Source: a candidate division FCPU426 bacterium (GTDB taxonomy: Bacteria > Oederibacteriota > PGYV01 > Palsa-1178). Taken from it: 64,000 nucleotides of DNA. The notes below the pieces were generated by a model, which was not told where the DNA came from, did not search any database, and saw nothing but the letters and a program-made list of their open reading frames with translations. Positions within the stretch are counted from its first letter, which is position 1, and each line of letters opens with the position of its first letter. Position numbers and translations under genes: made by a program. The stretch spans positions 1,600,001-1,664,000 of the forward strand of contig CAWIXE010000002.1 in assembly GCA_963840035.1 (NCBI GenBank), in the 5' to 3' direction. Of the stretch, positions 31,610 to 41,535 are shown one piece after another.

Positions 31610-33631
31610 ATGAAATGCACAGCCTGCAAAAAAAATGATTTAAAACAGGTCCTGACAAAGAACGGCGTAATGATAGATTACTGCCCAGCCTGCAGGGGCA
31701 TATGGCTGGATAAAGGCGAAATATATTATTTCACCTCCAAGCCGGAACTGCTGAAAAACGAGATTTCTTCCGCGCTTGGCAGGTCAAAGCCGTCACTGCG
31801 TTTAAACCCGAAAACCGGCGATACCCTCGTGGAACTTGCCCTGTTCTCGGGAAACCTTGTCATAGATTATTGCGCCAAAAGCGGCGGCATATGGCTTGAT
31901 GCCGGCGAACTTGAGGCCATCTCCTCCATGTCAGGCACGGGAATCTCGATAAAAATTGACAGGCCTTCCGCGGAAACTGATGAAAACAGCGGGAAAAAGG
32001 AACAACCGCGGATACCCTCCACGGTCCTGCCAAACCTCACCCTCGTTTCAGCCGCTACCCTCTTTTCCCTTTACGCCATGTTGACCGCGGTGCTATTCGC
32101 GCTTGTCCACTTCGAAGTCATTACCGTGGATGTATCGCTTTATATCGGGTTCGGGTTCGCCATAGTACAGTTCATACTTTCCCCTTTCATCATGGACTTT
32201 ACCCTGCGGTGGTTTTATAAAGTGGAATGGGTTACAACAGACTCCTTAAGCCCCCGCCTTAAAAAATTCCTGGAGGACACCTGCGCCGCGGAAAATATTG
32301 ATATCCCCCGCGTCGGGATGATACCTGACGGCGCGCCAAACGCCTTCACTTACGGCCACACGCCCAATAACGCCAGGCTCGTTTTGACCCACGGCATCAT
32401 AAGCCTCTTAAACGAGGAAGAGGCCGAAGCTGTGGTCGCGCACGAACTCGGCCACATAGTCCACTGGGACTTCCTTGTTATGACCATCGCCTATGTAGTC
32501 CCGCTTATCCTTTATTATATATACAGGACCTTAATCAAGGTTAAGTCCCGCGGCAATGACAAGTCAGCCGGTTACAGGGTCATGATAGCAGTTTCATCCT
32601 ACATACTTTACCTGATATCCGAATATATCGTCCTTTTCTTCTCGCGTGTCAGGGAATACTACGCCGACAGGTATTCAGGCGCCGTCACAAAAAATCCGGC
32701 CACGCTTGCGTCAGCGCTTATTAAGATAGGTTACGGCCTTGCCGGACGCGAACAAAACAAGGATGAAAAAAGGGAAAGCGAACCTGACGCGGTAAAAGCC
32801 CTGGGAATATTTGACGGGTCCGCGGCAAGAGCGCTGGCTGTCACAACTTACTCTACTGCTTCCATGGGCGGCGAAATCGACAAAGAATCCCTCAAAAACT
32901 CCATGAAGTGGGACCTATGGAACCCCTGGGCCGCCTTTTATGAGCTTGGCTCCACCCACCCGCTGATTGCAAAAAGGGTCCTCGCTTTAAGCCGCCAATC
33001 GCAAATCATGGGCAAAGAGCCTTTTGTCACCTTTACCGAACAAAAACCGGAAAGTTACTGGGATGAATTTTTAGCCGACCTTTTCATGATGTACCTGCCA
33101 GCGATACTGGCGCTCGCATGTGTTGCCGGTTATTTTGCCCTTGATCACGGATTAATTTATTTAAAAGCGGCTGTAACAGCTTTCGGCCTCGGGTATTTTC
33201 TGCAGGTCCTTTTTTCATACAACATATCATTCTTTCCGCAGATGCCGGTCTCATCGCTTTTAAAAAAAATAAAAGTCTCTTCAGTCAGGCCGGTTCCCTG
33301 TGAAGTAACGGGCACGCTTGTGGGGCGCGGCGTTCCGGGCCTTATCTGGAGCGAGGATTTTGTTCTGCAGGACAAGACGGGTATCATATACCTGGATTAC
33401 AACCAGCCCCTGGCCATTTGGAACTTCTTTTTCGGCCTTTTAAGGAGCGGTAATTACATAGGAAAACAGGTTATTATTTCAGGCTGGTTCCGCAGGTCGC
33501 CCATCCCCTATGTGGAGATAAAGGAAATGCGGGTGGACGGCAAGGATATCTACTGTTACGTTTATCAGGTAAAACTGGCTGTTGCCGTTATCATAATGGT
33601 TTTCGGGATATTCTTTATTTTGAAGCCATAA
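31610..33631 (+). CDS. HtpX/M48 zinc metalloprotease with N-terminal zf-TFIIB-like ribbons and C-terminal extension
   Basis: CTAC, CPACRGIWLDKGE, GGIWLDAGE; PNAF, AHELGH, SRVREYYAD, STHP. Confidence 0.9.
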   Translation: MKCTACKKNDLKQVLTKNGVMIDYCPACRGIWLDKGEIYYFTSKPELLKNEISSALGRSKPSLRLNPKTGDTLVELALFSGNLVIDYCAKSGGIWLDAGELEAISSMSGTGISIKIDRPSAETDENSGKKEQPRIPSTVLPNLTLVSAATLFSLYAMLTAVLFALVHFEVITVDVSLYIGFGFAIVQFILSPFIMDFTLRWFYKVEWVTTDSLSPRLKKFLEDTCAAENIDIPRVGMIPDGAPNAFTYGHTPNNARLVLTHGIISLLNEEEAEAVVAHELGHIVHWDFLVMTIAYVVPLILYYIYRTLIKVKSRGNDKSAGYRVMIAVSSYILYLISEYIVLFFSRVREYYADRYSGAVTKNPATLASALIKIGYGLAGREQNKDEKRESEPDAVKALGIFDGSAARALAVTTYSTASMGGEIDKESLKNSMKWDLWNPWAAFYELGSTHPLIAKRVLALSRQSQIMGKEPFVTFTEQKPESYWDEFLADLFMMYLPAILALACVAGYFALDHGLIYLKAAVTAFGLGYFLQVLFSYNISFFPQMPVSSLLKKIKVSSVRPVPCEVTGTLVGRGVPGLIWSEDFVLQDKTGIIYLDYNQPLAIWNFFFGLLRSGNYIGKQVIISGWFRRSPIPYVEIKEMRVDGKDIYCYVYQVKLAVAVIIMVFGIFFILKP

Positions 33632-34067
33632 CAAGGTCCGCGATTATAACGGAACGCGTGTAATTTACAAAGGCGACACCTTCTTTTATGATACCCCTGA
33701 CTTTTACCGTCCTGCCTTCAAACACAGAAAGATCAATATTTTTTGGATTTTCAATCTGCATTACATTCACATTAAGCAGTTCCGGTTCACCCACGGTATC
33801 CTTCGGGCCCGCATTTACCGGGGTATCGAGCTCAAGCGCGTAGTAAAGCGTCACCCCTCCCGGCGGTTTTAATTGCCCCTGCTGTATTCTGCGCTGCCTG
33901 TATACTATTTTTCCTTTTATATCGGCCACATCGCCGAACTTCACCTCTTCCCTTCCCTTTATGATGCTATACGGGTCTTTTTCATCATTATTCCCGCAGC
34001 CCGTAAAAAAAAGCATGATGACGGGCATCATCACCAGCGCGGTCACCCACAACTTGTTTTTTCTCAT
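33615..34067 (-). CDS. Lipoprotein, DUF4431/OB-fold-like
   Basis: Lipobox FTGC; GRTVKVRG. Confidence 0.55.
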   Translation of the reverse strand: MRKNKLWVTALVMMPVIMLFFTGCGNNDEKDPYSIIKGREEVKFGDVADIKGKIVYRQRRIQQGQLKPPGGVTLYYALELDTPVNAGPKDTVGEPELLNVNVMQIENPKNIDLSVFEGRTVKVRGIIKEGVAFVNYTRSVIIADLVMASK

Positions 34068-35165
34068 TTAAAACCCCCTGACTGAAGCCTTAACCTGTGA
34101 TGTAAAATCTTCCGCTATCCGCCTTGCCCCTTTTTCATTAGGATGCCAGTCACACCCTAGTTCATCATTTGAAAGGGAGCCAATGTCAACGCGCACCACT
34201 TTCTTATCCTTAATGGTATCCATGACATCGGTGAAGTATTCCGGGAACGGCGGCGCCTGCGCCGGCCCGTTAACGCATACAATCCAAGCCGAGGGGTAAT
34301 TTTCCCTGACACGTTTAATCAGCCCCAGGTAGGCTTTCTTAAAAGCATCCCCGTCAGGGACGGGCTGTGCTGAGTAGTCATTAGTCCCCAGATTTATGAC
34401 AGCCATGTCCGGCACCCACTTCTTAAAATCCCACTTTATGGAAGGGTCGTTCTGAAGCGTCCTGTCATAATAAAACGGGAGCGGCTCGGCTGATTCCTTC
34501 TTTTGCTCGCCCCAGTTCTTCAAAAGCCCCCTTCCCGAGATGGCTACAATATGGTACTCAGCGCCAAGCGCTTCAGCCGATAATGCGGAAAAAGCCTTTG
34601 AGTTATTCTTGTATTCCCTTTCAGACGGGCATTTGACGCCTATGCCTTCCACGCCGTATCCCACGGTAATGGAATCGCCTATGTATTCTATTTTCTTTTT
34701 TGGCCTCTCAGGAGGCGCAAGGAGTTTTCCTGATTTTTCAAGAAGCAGCCCTTTAAAAACCCCAATCCCCTGATAGCCTTCGCCCCTGCGCGCAACGGTG
34801 AGCAGGTGCCTGCCCTCGGCAAGGTTATCCGCCAGCGTGTATTCCTCAACGCCCGTTTTTGTGACGATTATCGCCTCAGGTTTTCCGTCAATAAATACAT
34901 TATAATCATTATTCCCGTCTTTTATGACAGCTCCGATGTACTTGCCTTCAAAATTCGCCTGTATAAGTATTCCGGGCCAGTCAAACCTCGGTGCGGCGGG
35001 ATCGGTAAAGTCAATCCTGCCGGTGTACTGTATTGCCGGGTCATTCGCCGGAACTGCCTGGCTCCATTTTTTTCCCATTAATGTCGCGCATCCGGCGGCA
35101 ATTACCGCAAACCCCGCGATAGCCAGTGATATCAATAATATTCCCGTCATTTTCCACCTCATCAT
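34068..35165 (-). CDS. SGNH esterase lipoprotein (CE2-like)
   Basis: Lipobox AAGC, IGDSITVGYG, SGRG, NLGTND, CDWHP. Confidence 0.88.
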   Translation of the reverse strand: MMRWKMTGILLISLAIAGFAVIAAGCATLMGKKWSQAVPANDPAIQYTGRIDFTDPAAPRFDWPGILIQANFEGKYIGAVIKDGNNDYNVFIDGKPEAIIVTKTGVEEYTLADNLAEGRHLLTVARRGEGYQGIGVFKGLLLEKSGKLLAPPERPKKKIEYIGDSITVGYGVEGIGVKCPSEREYKNNSKAFSALSAEALGAEYHIVAISGRGLLKNWGEQKKESAEPLPFYYDRTLQNDPSIKWDFKKWVPDMAVINLGTNDYSAQPVPDGDAFKKAYLGLIKRVRENYPSAWIVCVNGPAQAPPFPEYFTDVMDTIKDKKVVRVDIGSLSNDELGCDWHPNEKGARRIAEDFTSQVKASVRGF

Positions 35166-35722
35166 AATATATGCTCCAGCAATATTTTTGTGCCGATTCC
35201 TATAAGTATCAGCCCGCCTATAAACTCGGCTTTATTCTCAAAAAATTCGCCTGTCTTTTTGCCGACTATCACACCCAGTATCGGGAACGCAAAAGAAGCC
35301 AGGCCGATCATTAAAGCCGGCATCAGGATTGACACTTTCAGGAATGAAAAACTTACGCCGACGGCGAGCGCGTCTATGGATGTGGCAAAGGAAAGAAGTA
35401 TCAGCGCCTTAGTGGATGAGTAGTCTGTCTTATGACAGCCGTCCTCGCATTTTTCAAAGGATTCCAAAAGCATCTTTCCGCCGACTATGAGAAGAAGCCC
35501 GAACGCTATCCAGTGGTCAAAGCTGCTGATGAATTTAGCGAAACCGGTGCCGAGCCCCCAGCCTATTAGTGTCATTCCTGTCTGGAACCCGCCAAAAAAC
35601 AAGGCAATTTTAAAAACATGTCCGGGCTTTATGTCCTTTACTGTTACTCCGACTGTAATGGCCACGGCAAAGCAATCCATGGCAAGGCCTACCGCTATTG
35701 ATAAAACCGTTAATAGGTCCAT
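35162..35722 (-). CDS. mntP: Manganese efflux pump MntP family
   Basis: GLAMDCFAV, DHWIAF, ATSIDALAVG, GGLILIGIG; start MDLLT after AGGAG. Confidence 0.9.
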   Translation of the reverse strand: MDLLTVLSIAVGLAMDCFAVAITVGVTVKDIKPGHVFKIALFFGGFQTGMTLIGWGLGTGFAKFISSFDHWIAFGLLLIVGGKMLLESFEKCEDGCHKTDYSSTKALILLSFATSIDALAVGVSFSFLKVSILMPALMIGLASFAFPILGVIVGKKTGEFFENKAEFIGGLILIGIGTKILLEHIL

Positions 35723-35738
35723 GAGTCTCCTTTTGTGT

Positions 35739-35810
35739 TTAGTGGGCGGTGGGTAGTGTTTAGCTGCCATAGATTGACTGCTACTCACCAACCACTGCCC
35801 ACCACTCACT
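35739..35810. repeat. Inverted heptamer arrays (TAGTGGG / CCACTCA family)
   Basis: tagtggg cggtggg tagtg ... ctactca ccaacca ctgccca ccactca; same family as 26288-26320 and 27528-27562. Confidence 0.7.
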
Positions 35811-36153
35811 TTTTCTTAACTCCCTTACAATACCCCTGTATATGCTTAAGTTCCTCGTCCGACTCCAGTACATGCTTCCAGTACGGAAAAGTAACACACT
35901 GCGAAGGCCTTACCGGGTATATGATGCACCGTCCGTCAATGAGGAATGCGCATCCGTCAGCGTCGGTCTCAATAACCCGCCCCTGCATAAGCAGGAACCT
36001 CGTATATTTTTTCTTGAATTCCGCGTAAGATATCTGCAGGTATCCGGCGATTTTTCTGCCTTCGCCCCATTTCAGGTAAACATACCCGTCAACCCTGCAG
36101 CACTCCCCGCATTTTAAACAGCCAAACGTGATATCTTCCTTTTTAAGTTTCAT
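35806..36153 (-). CDS. YkgJ-family cysteine-cluster protein
   Basis: CLKCGECC, CAFL...CIIYPVRPSQCVTFP. Confidence 0.9.
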   Translation of the reverse strand: MKLKKEDITFGCLKCGECCRVDGYVYLKWGEGRKIAGYLQISYAEFKKKYTRFLLMQGRVIETDADGCAFLIDGRCIIYPVRPSQCVTFPYWKHVLESDEELKHIQGYCKGVKKK

Positions 36154-36165
36154 AAGCCTCTCATT

Positions 36166-36264
36166 TAGTCTCAACAATCTCAGAAGTCTCAACGATCTCA
36201 ACAGCCTGGTACGTGGTGTTTAAAACTTTTGAGATCATTGAGACCTCTGAGACTACTGAGACTT
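36166..36264. repeat. Inverted pair of 9-mer arrays (GTCTCAnnA / TnnTGAGAC)
   Basis: agtctcaac aatctcaga agtctcaac gatctcaac ... ttgagatca ttgagacct ctgagacta ctgagact. Confidence 0.75.
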
Positions 36265-36276
36265 TACTGCCTTCTA

Positions 36277-36639
36277 TTACTGTAAAACCAGCCAATCCTT
36301 TGCCGTTTCAAGCTTATCAAACATGTAGAGGTTTTTCCTTCCGGTAAACCTCTGCACTGCCATGAAAATCATCTTTTTCAGGCCTGTCACGCCCACTACG
36401 GCCGTTACTTTCATATATGGCCTGTCATAGCTGGCCAGGTCTTTTAATGCCGCGAACAGTTCGGTGTCAAAGCTGGAAAACCGCACATCCACCAGTCCGT
36501 ATATGGACTTCTCCGGGTATTTTCTGACAGTCTTTTTTGTTTCCTCTATTGCCCCGAGTATTTCTTCCACCTTGGTGTAGGAAAAATCCATAAGCAGAAT
36601 CTTCCTGCCTTTGTGGTTTATGAACCCTACTTGTGCCAT
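36277..36639 (-). CDS. SpoIIAA/STAS-like small protein, paralog 2
   Basis: HKGRKILLMDFS...AVVGVTG...FTGRKNL. Confidence 0.75.
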   Translation of the reverse strand: MAQVGFINHKGRKILLMDFSYTKVEEILGAIEETKKTVRKYPEKSIYGLVDVRFSSFDTELFAALKDLASYDRPYMKVTAVVGVTGLKKMIFMAVQRFTGRKNLYMFDKLETAKDWLVLQ

Positions 36640-36961
36640 ATATATGCTCCCTTTAATGTAATGGAAACGCGCAGGCGTTTTTACGGCTTATATGATTATA
36701 TTTTAAAGGCTGAAAAAGTCAAACAGGAATTACAAATGTTTTTCTTGATTTGGGTGCTGTGGAATACGCAAAATACCGGCTCGCAAACTGAAATAATCTT
36801 GCACCGCTGTTCTTTTGACCTGAACTTTATTTCATTTCCCCTGCATAACGTTTGTTTTTTCACGCGACAACCATGTGCTTCCTGCTGTCCATACAGTTTT
36901 TATTTTTTAATTGATTTATACCCCTCAGATATTATAATGAAAAAAATTAACGGAGGTTTTC

Positions 36962-37324
36962 ATGGCATATTTCACGTGGATGGAGCACAAAAACAAGCGG
37001 ATAATGTATATTGAACTTGCAAGCCAGAGCAAGGAAGAACTGGCGGTTAAGATCGCGCAGATCTCCCCGGTCATAGAAAAAGAACCCCCGGGCTCGCTTC
37101 TGTGCGTCGCGACCACTAAGGGAGGCAGGTTCAGCCCGGATATAATGAAAATGCTTCGCGAATTCACCACACACAACCTGCCATTTATGAAAGCCACGGT
37201 GTTAATCGGGCTGGAAGGGCTTCAGAAACCTTTATATGAGTCATTCATTATGGTCACCCGGCGTAAAAACTTGTATGTAAAAGATACCCTGGACGAAGCC
37301 CTCGACCTGCTGGCGGAATTATAA
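36962..37324 (+). CDS. SpoIIAA/STAS-like small protein, paralog 3
   Basis: GGAGG RBS; HKNKRIMY...HNLPFMK...GLEG...TRRKNL. Confidence 0.75.
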   Translation: MAYFTWMEHKNKRIMYIELASQSKEELAVKIAQISPVIEKEPPGSLLCVATTKGGRFSPDIMKMLREFTTHNLPFMKATVLIGLEGLQKPLYESFIMVTRRKNLYVKDTLDEALDLLAEL

Positions 37325-37330
37325 CGGCCG

Positions 37331-38263
37331 CTATAAAAAGGTTTTCTTTTTCATTATGGAATTATAAATTCTTTCAGTTGTTTCAGCCTTTACCCCGGCT
37401 AAAACCGCCATCCTTAATATCGCGCCGCCGAAGATGTCCCTCTCATCAGGTTTTTCAGGTATCTCATAATCCCTGTGGAAAGATGTCTTTGTGTCGCGCG
37501 GAAAACCTTTTCCCTTATTAAAAGAATCCTCGATTATTGACGGCGGCAGATTGATATGCCTCTTGGACGCTATCTCAGCTATCTCCTTCATAATACCCTT
37601 AACATATCCGCTCAGTTCCCCGGAGGAAATAACCTCCCCGATGGTTTTGCCGGCATCCGCCGTAACAAGGCCGAAAGCCGCGATGAAGATGAATTTGCCC
37701 CATATTTCAGGATACGGGTCCTCACTCCACTTGTATTTTATGCCCGCCCTTTTGAATAAGTCAAAAATAATTTCCGGGACCAGATTATTTCCCGGGTCCT
37801 TGCCGAAAATAATGGTGCTTGCGCCTCCCCGCTGCGTTACCTTGCCCGGACGCTCAATGTATGTACCCACATATACGCATGAAGGGAAAACAATCCCGTC
37901 ATGTATTACGCTGCGTATCCGCTCATATATGTCAACTCCGTTTAAAAGCGGCAAAATAAGCGTCGTATCTTTTATCTTAGGCTTAAGCTGATTTAAGACT
38001 TCGCCAAGGCTGTATGATTTGACGCATATAAGGCACAGGTCGAGCCCGGGCAGTTCAGCTATGTTTGACGCGGCCATAGTGGGTTTGCATACATACTGCC
38101 CGTCATCGCTGTCAAGGATAAGCCCGTGCGCCTTTATCTCGTGCAAGTGCTGCCCTCTGGCGATAAAATAAATTTTCAGATTTTTATCCGTGGATAACAG
38201 CTGCGTGAGCTTGCCTCCAAAATAACCGCCAACCCCGCCCGTGCCGATAATTGCGATGTTCAT
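37331..38263 (-). CDS. panE: Ketopantoate reductase family
   Basis: GTGGVGGYFG, CVKSY, LNGV, WGKF. Confidence 0.85.
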   Translation of the reverse strand: MNIAIIGTGGVGGYFGGKLTQLLSTDKNLKIYFIARGQHLHEIKAHGLILDSDDGQYVCKPTMAASNIAELPGLDLCLICVKSYSLGEVLNQLKPKIKDTTLILPLLNGVDIYERIRSVIHDGIVFPSCVYVGTYIERPGKVTQRGGASTIIFGKDPGNNLVPEIIFDLFKRAGIKYKWSEDPYPEIWGKFIFIAAFGLVTADAGKTIGEVISSGELSGYVKGIMKEIAEIASKRHINLPPSIIEDSFNKGKGFPRDTKTSFHRDYEIPEKPDERDIFGGAILRMAVLAGVKAETTERIYNSIMKKKTFL

Positions 38264-38313
38264 TGACTGAACTCCTTTTTTGCTTCGTTAAATTTTTAGA
38301 CCTTTGAACATTC

Positions 38314-39198
38314 TTACCTGTAAACTGAATAAATTATCCTGTTTTTACCGCCGTGCTTTGCCATGTACATCATGTCGTCGGCTTTTTTTATCATGTCATC
38401 GACATTATCCGGCGCCTTTAAAAAAGTCACCACGCCGAAACTGAAAGTAATCGCGTGTCTTTCCTTTCTCATAAGGTCGTTTAAGATCCTGTTTATCTTT
38501 TCAATGGTCCTCTTCGCCTGCTCCGGCCTTGTTTCTATAAGAAGTATCGCGAACTCATCGCCGCCGAGCCTTGCAACCACGTCTGTAGGCCTTAAAGACC
38601 TCCTGATGGTATACGCAATTTCCATAAGCACATGATCGCCTGCCTGATGCCCGTAAAGGTCATTTATGGCCTTAAAATTATCTACATCAAAATACGCTAT
38701 GGTAAAGGGATCCTTATAGCGTTTAAGCCTTTTCAGTTCCATACCGGCGTAATTAAAAAAAGCCCTGCTGTTTGAAATTTTTGTAAGAAAATCTTCGTTG
38801 GCTGATTTTGTCTCACCGGTCACATATTTCCTGACAGTCAGCGTCAGGAGGGTAATTACCAGGAACAGGATAGCCCTTGCGGCAGCGTTTATGTAAGGTA
38901 TAAACGCCGCGGTGTAATTCCTCCCGCCAAGCAAATCACCTGCCAGCCACGTCAACGCGGCAAGAATACAGGTAGTAAAAGCGCCTCTTTTACCTCCGTA
39001 CCAGGCCGCTGTCATGACAGGAATTATGTAAAATATGGCAAACGAAAACTCATTGCCTATAAATATGCCCAGCCAGCCCAGACACACACACATAAAAACG
39101 CATATGGCCATAATAATGCCGCGGTTGGTTTTTTGGAGCATTCTGTCAACATCGGATAATTTATACATGCTCACCCCGGAAAATGGATGAAACCCCAT
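38314..39198 (-). CDS. Membrane-bound diguanylate cyclase (start likely 39168)
   Basis: Four TM segments, DVDNFKAIND, RPTD, RLGGDEF. Confidence 0.92.
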   Translation of the reverse strand: MGFHPFSGVSMYKLSDVDRMLQKTNRGIIMAICVFMCVCLGWLGIFIGNEFSFAIFYIIPVMTAAWYGGKRGAFTTCILAALTWLAGDLLGGRNYTAAFIPYINAAARAILFLVITLLTLTVRKYVTGETKSANEDFLTKISNSRAFFNYAGMELKRLKRYKDPFTIAYFDVDNFKAINDLYGHQAGDHVLMEIAYTIRRSLRPTDVVARLGGDEFAILLIETRPEQAKRTIEKINRILNDLMRKERHAITFSFGVVTFLKAPDNVDDMIKKADDMMYMAKHGGKNRIIYSVYR

Positions 39199-39403
39199 TT
39201 ATAATCGTGCGGAGCCTTCCAATACTTTCCACATCTATTATAGCAAATACCGGAGACGGCAATGTATTTATTTATGCAGCTTGAATAAGCGGCATATTTT
39301 AATGCCAAATATCCGTGAAACTTGCTATCTGCGTATTTCATGTATATAATTAGTAGGTAAACCTTCTAAAAACTCAGACCCCAAATTCAAGAAATTTTCA
39401 CCA

Positions 39404-39931
39404 TTGGGGGTGATTATTTTGAAACATGTTGAATACTACGAAAACTACCCGCTTTCAACCGTACTTACGGCAAGCCTTCTACAGTTGTCCATATTTTCCA
39501 TGGGCGCGTACATAATCAGCCTGACAGGCTTAATCTGGATGGCGGTATATATCATTTTCATCTTATGGATGGAAATACGCCTCATGACAAAGAGCTGCGT
39601 TAACTGTTATTATTACGGGAAAACGTGTTTTTCCGGCATGGGCAGGCTCGCCCCGCTTTTCAAAAAAGGCGACCCGGACAAATTCATCAATGGCGAAATA
39701 AGCCTTGTGGATGTTATCCCGGATTTTATCGTATCTTTCGCGCCTGCTGTTGCAGGAATTATTTTACTGGTTAAAGATTTCAGCGTGCCGCTGCTGGCAG
39801 TGGTGCTGTCATTGATAGCGCTGACAACCTGGGGAAACGGCTTTGTCCGGTCCACCCTCGCGTGCAAAAACTGCAAACAAAGGCTGCTCGGCTGCCCGGC
39901 TGAGAGGATGCTCAATAAGAGGAAGTCATGA
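39404..39931 (+). CDS. Small membrane protein with two Cys clusters
   Basis: Four TM segments; CVNCYYYGKTC and CKNCKQRLLGC. Confidence 0.75.
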   Translation: MGVIILKHVEYYENYPLSTVLTASLLQLSIFSMGAYIISLTGLIWMAVYIIFILWMEIRLMTKSCVNCYYYGKTCFSGMGRLAPLFKKGDPDKFINGEISLVDVIPDFIVSFAPAVAGIILLVKDFSVPLLAVVLSLIALTTWGNGFVRSTLACKNCKQRLLGCPAERMLNKRKS

Positions 39932-39962
39932 AAATATTTTTTTGTTGTTGTCTTAATTTCTG

Positions 39963-40034
39963 GTAGCCGCAACCTTCAGGTTGCGTAAGGCGGGGTTAAC
40001 GTCCTTCCTTGCGCAACCTGAAGGTTGCGGCTAC
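39963..40034. repeat. Inverted REP doublet between convergent genes
   Basis: GTAGCCGCAACCTTCAGGTTGCG ... CGCAACCTGAAGGTTGCGGCTAC. Confidence 0.85.
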
Positions 40035-40052
40035 CAATGCATTTTTAATAAA

Positions 40053-41018
40053 CTACACCGTTATAACAACTTTTCCCTTCGCATGCCCGGCGCCAAGATA
40101 CCTGAAAGCCTCGGCAGTCTCGCTTAAGGGATAACGCCTGTCAATAATTGATTTAACTTTACCCGCTTCAATAAGCCCTTGGAGCAATATCAGCACCCTT
40201 TTCTCCGGGTTCGAAGTCAGGGCAAATACTTTCTTGCCTCCCGTAGAATAAAAAGCCCCCAGAAGCACAGCCTGAAATATCTGCTGCATTGTACCCCCGG
40301 CCGAGACGTAAATTCCTCCCGGGCTTAATGACTTCATATAATCCGGGATGGAATGGTAGCCGTTAGCGCCTAATATCAGGTCATATGTTTTGCCGCTTTT
40401 GGTAAAATCTTCCATTGTGTAATCTATTACATGGTCCGCGCCCATGGACTTTGCCATTTCCACATTTCCGGCGCTGCATACCGCCGTGACTTCAGCGCCG
40501 AATGATTTGGCTATCTGCACCGCGAAAGTCCCAACACCGCCTGAGGCGCCGTTGATCAGGACTTTCTGCCCGGCTTTTATATTCCCCTTGATAAGCCCTT
40601 TATACGCTGTGACGCCGGCTAAAGGCACTGCCGCCGCTTCCTCATAGGACATATTTGACGGCATTATCGACAGCACTGATTCCTTCGCGCATACATACTC
40701 GGCGTAAGCGCCGAAAGGCCGGTCAAACAGGTCACCGTAAACATCATCGCCTGCTTTAAGCTCTTTAACGTCTTTCCCGACAGCCTCTACCCTGCCTGCT
40801 ACATCACATCCGAGAATGGCGTTTTTAGGCCTGAACAGACCATAGCCGGCCAGCCTTATGAGGAAAGGCTTTCCCGCGAGCATGTAATAGTCAGCCTTGT
40901 TTACGGATGACGCGAGTACTTTTACAAGTACCTCGTCATCCTTCGGCACAGGCTTTGCGACTTCCTGAAGTGAAACGTTGTCCGGCGTCCCATATTTTGT
41001 GTAAATGACAGCTTTCAT
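40053..41018 (-). CDS. NAD(P)-dependent MDR oxidoreductase (Zn-independent)
   Basis: NGASGGVGTFAVQIAK, GADHVIDY, GHAKGKVVI. Confidence 0.92.
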   Translation of the reverse strand: MKAVIYTKYGTPDNVSLQEVAKPVPKDDEVLVKVLASSVNKADYYMLAGKPFLIRLAGYGLFRPKNAILGCDVAGRVEAVGKDVKELKAGDDVYGDLFDRPFGAYAEYVCAKESVLSIMPSNMSYEEAAAVPLAGVTAYKGLIKGNIKAGQKVLINGASGGVGTFAVQIAKSFGAEVTAVCSAGNVEMAKSMGADHVIDYTMEDFTKSGKTYDLILGANGYHSIPDYMKSLSPGGIYVSAGGTMQQIFQAVLLGAFYSTGGKKVFALTSNPEKRVLILLQGLIEAGKVKSIIDRRYPLSETAEAFRYLGAGHAKGKVVITV

Positions 41019-41045
41019 ATAACCCCCTCTTAATTATTTTTTAGT

Positions 41046-41159
41046 TGTCATTGCGAGGAGGCGTTTCAATTACTTGCCGACGAAGCAATCTCGCTTTTCG
41101 TCTGTTTTAAACGAGATTGCTTCGTCGCCGTAGTGCAAATACGGCTCCTCGCAATGACA
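41046..41159. repeat. GTCATTGCGAG palindromic element, copy 2
   Basis: Closely similar to 26121-26235. Confidence 0.9.
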
Positions 41160-41188
41160 GACAGTACGGTTCTTAACAGTTCATGTAC

Positions 41189-41485
41189 TTAAAGCCCTGC
41201 CATTCCGAGCAGCTTATAAACAAGCAGCACCGGCCATACTATCGCCTTCAACAGCCCGAGAACGCCCACCCAAAATCCTGTTGCATGCGATATAAAATAT
41301 ATCGCCGCGCCGATGAACCCAAGCCCGTATACCGCATTGCCGCCGTTGTTGGTATGATGGTGCCATTTCTTATCCTTGCACTCGCCGTTTTCCATTTCTT
41401 TTTCTATTTCTTTTCCTATAGCGCTGCCTATTGCCTTTCCAATTTCTCCGCCCTTTACGCTTGCTTTTACTTTTGCCTTTGCCAT
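41189..41485 (-). CDS. Small membrane protein
   Basis: GGAGG RBS; AVYGLGFIGAAIYFI..ATGFWVGVLGLLKAIVWP. Confidence 0.75.
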   Translation of the reverse strand: MAKAKVKASVKGGEIGKAIGSAIGKEIEKEMENGECKDKKWHHHTNNGGNAVYGLGFIGAAIYFISHATGFWVGVLGLLKAIVWPVLLVYKLLGMAGL

Positions 41486-41535
41486 GATGTTGCCTCCTTA
41501 ATTTTCGGGTGTTTGGCCCGTGGTTGTAGTTCTTG

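Noticed and set aside
35723..35810. yybP-ykoY riboswitch upstream of mntP; c-di-GMP riboswitches near the GGDEF/HD-GYP genes
   Set aside because: The mntP spacer is filled by heptamer arrays; no convincing riboswitch consensus seen by eye. An Rfam scan would settle it.
36697..36864. 55-codon Cys-rich minus-strand ORF (MKKQTLC...CNSC) between STAS-like paralogs
   Set aside because: Weak RBS and no recognisable family; cannot be distinguished from chance.
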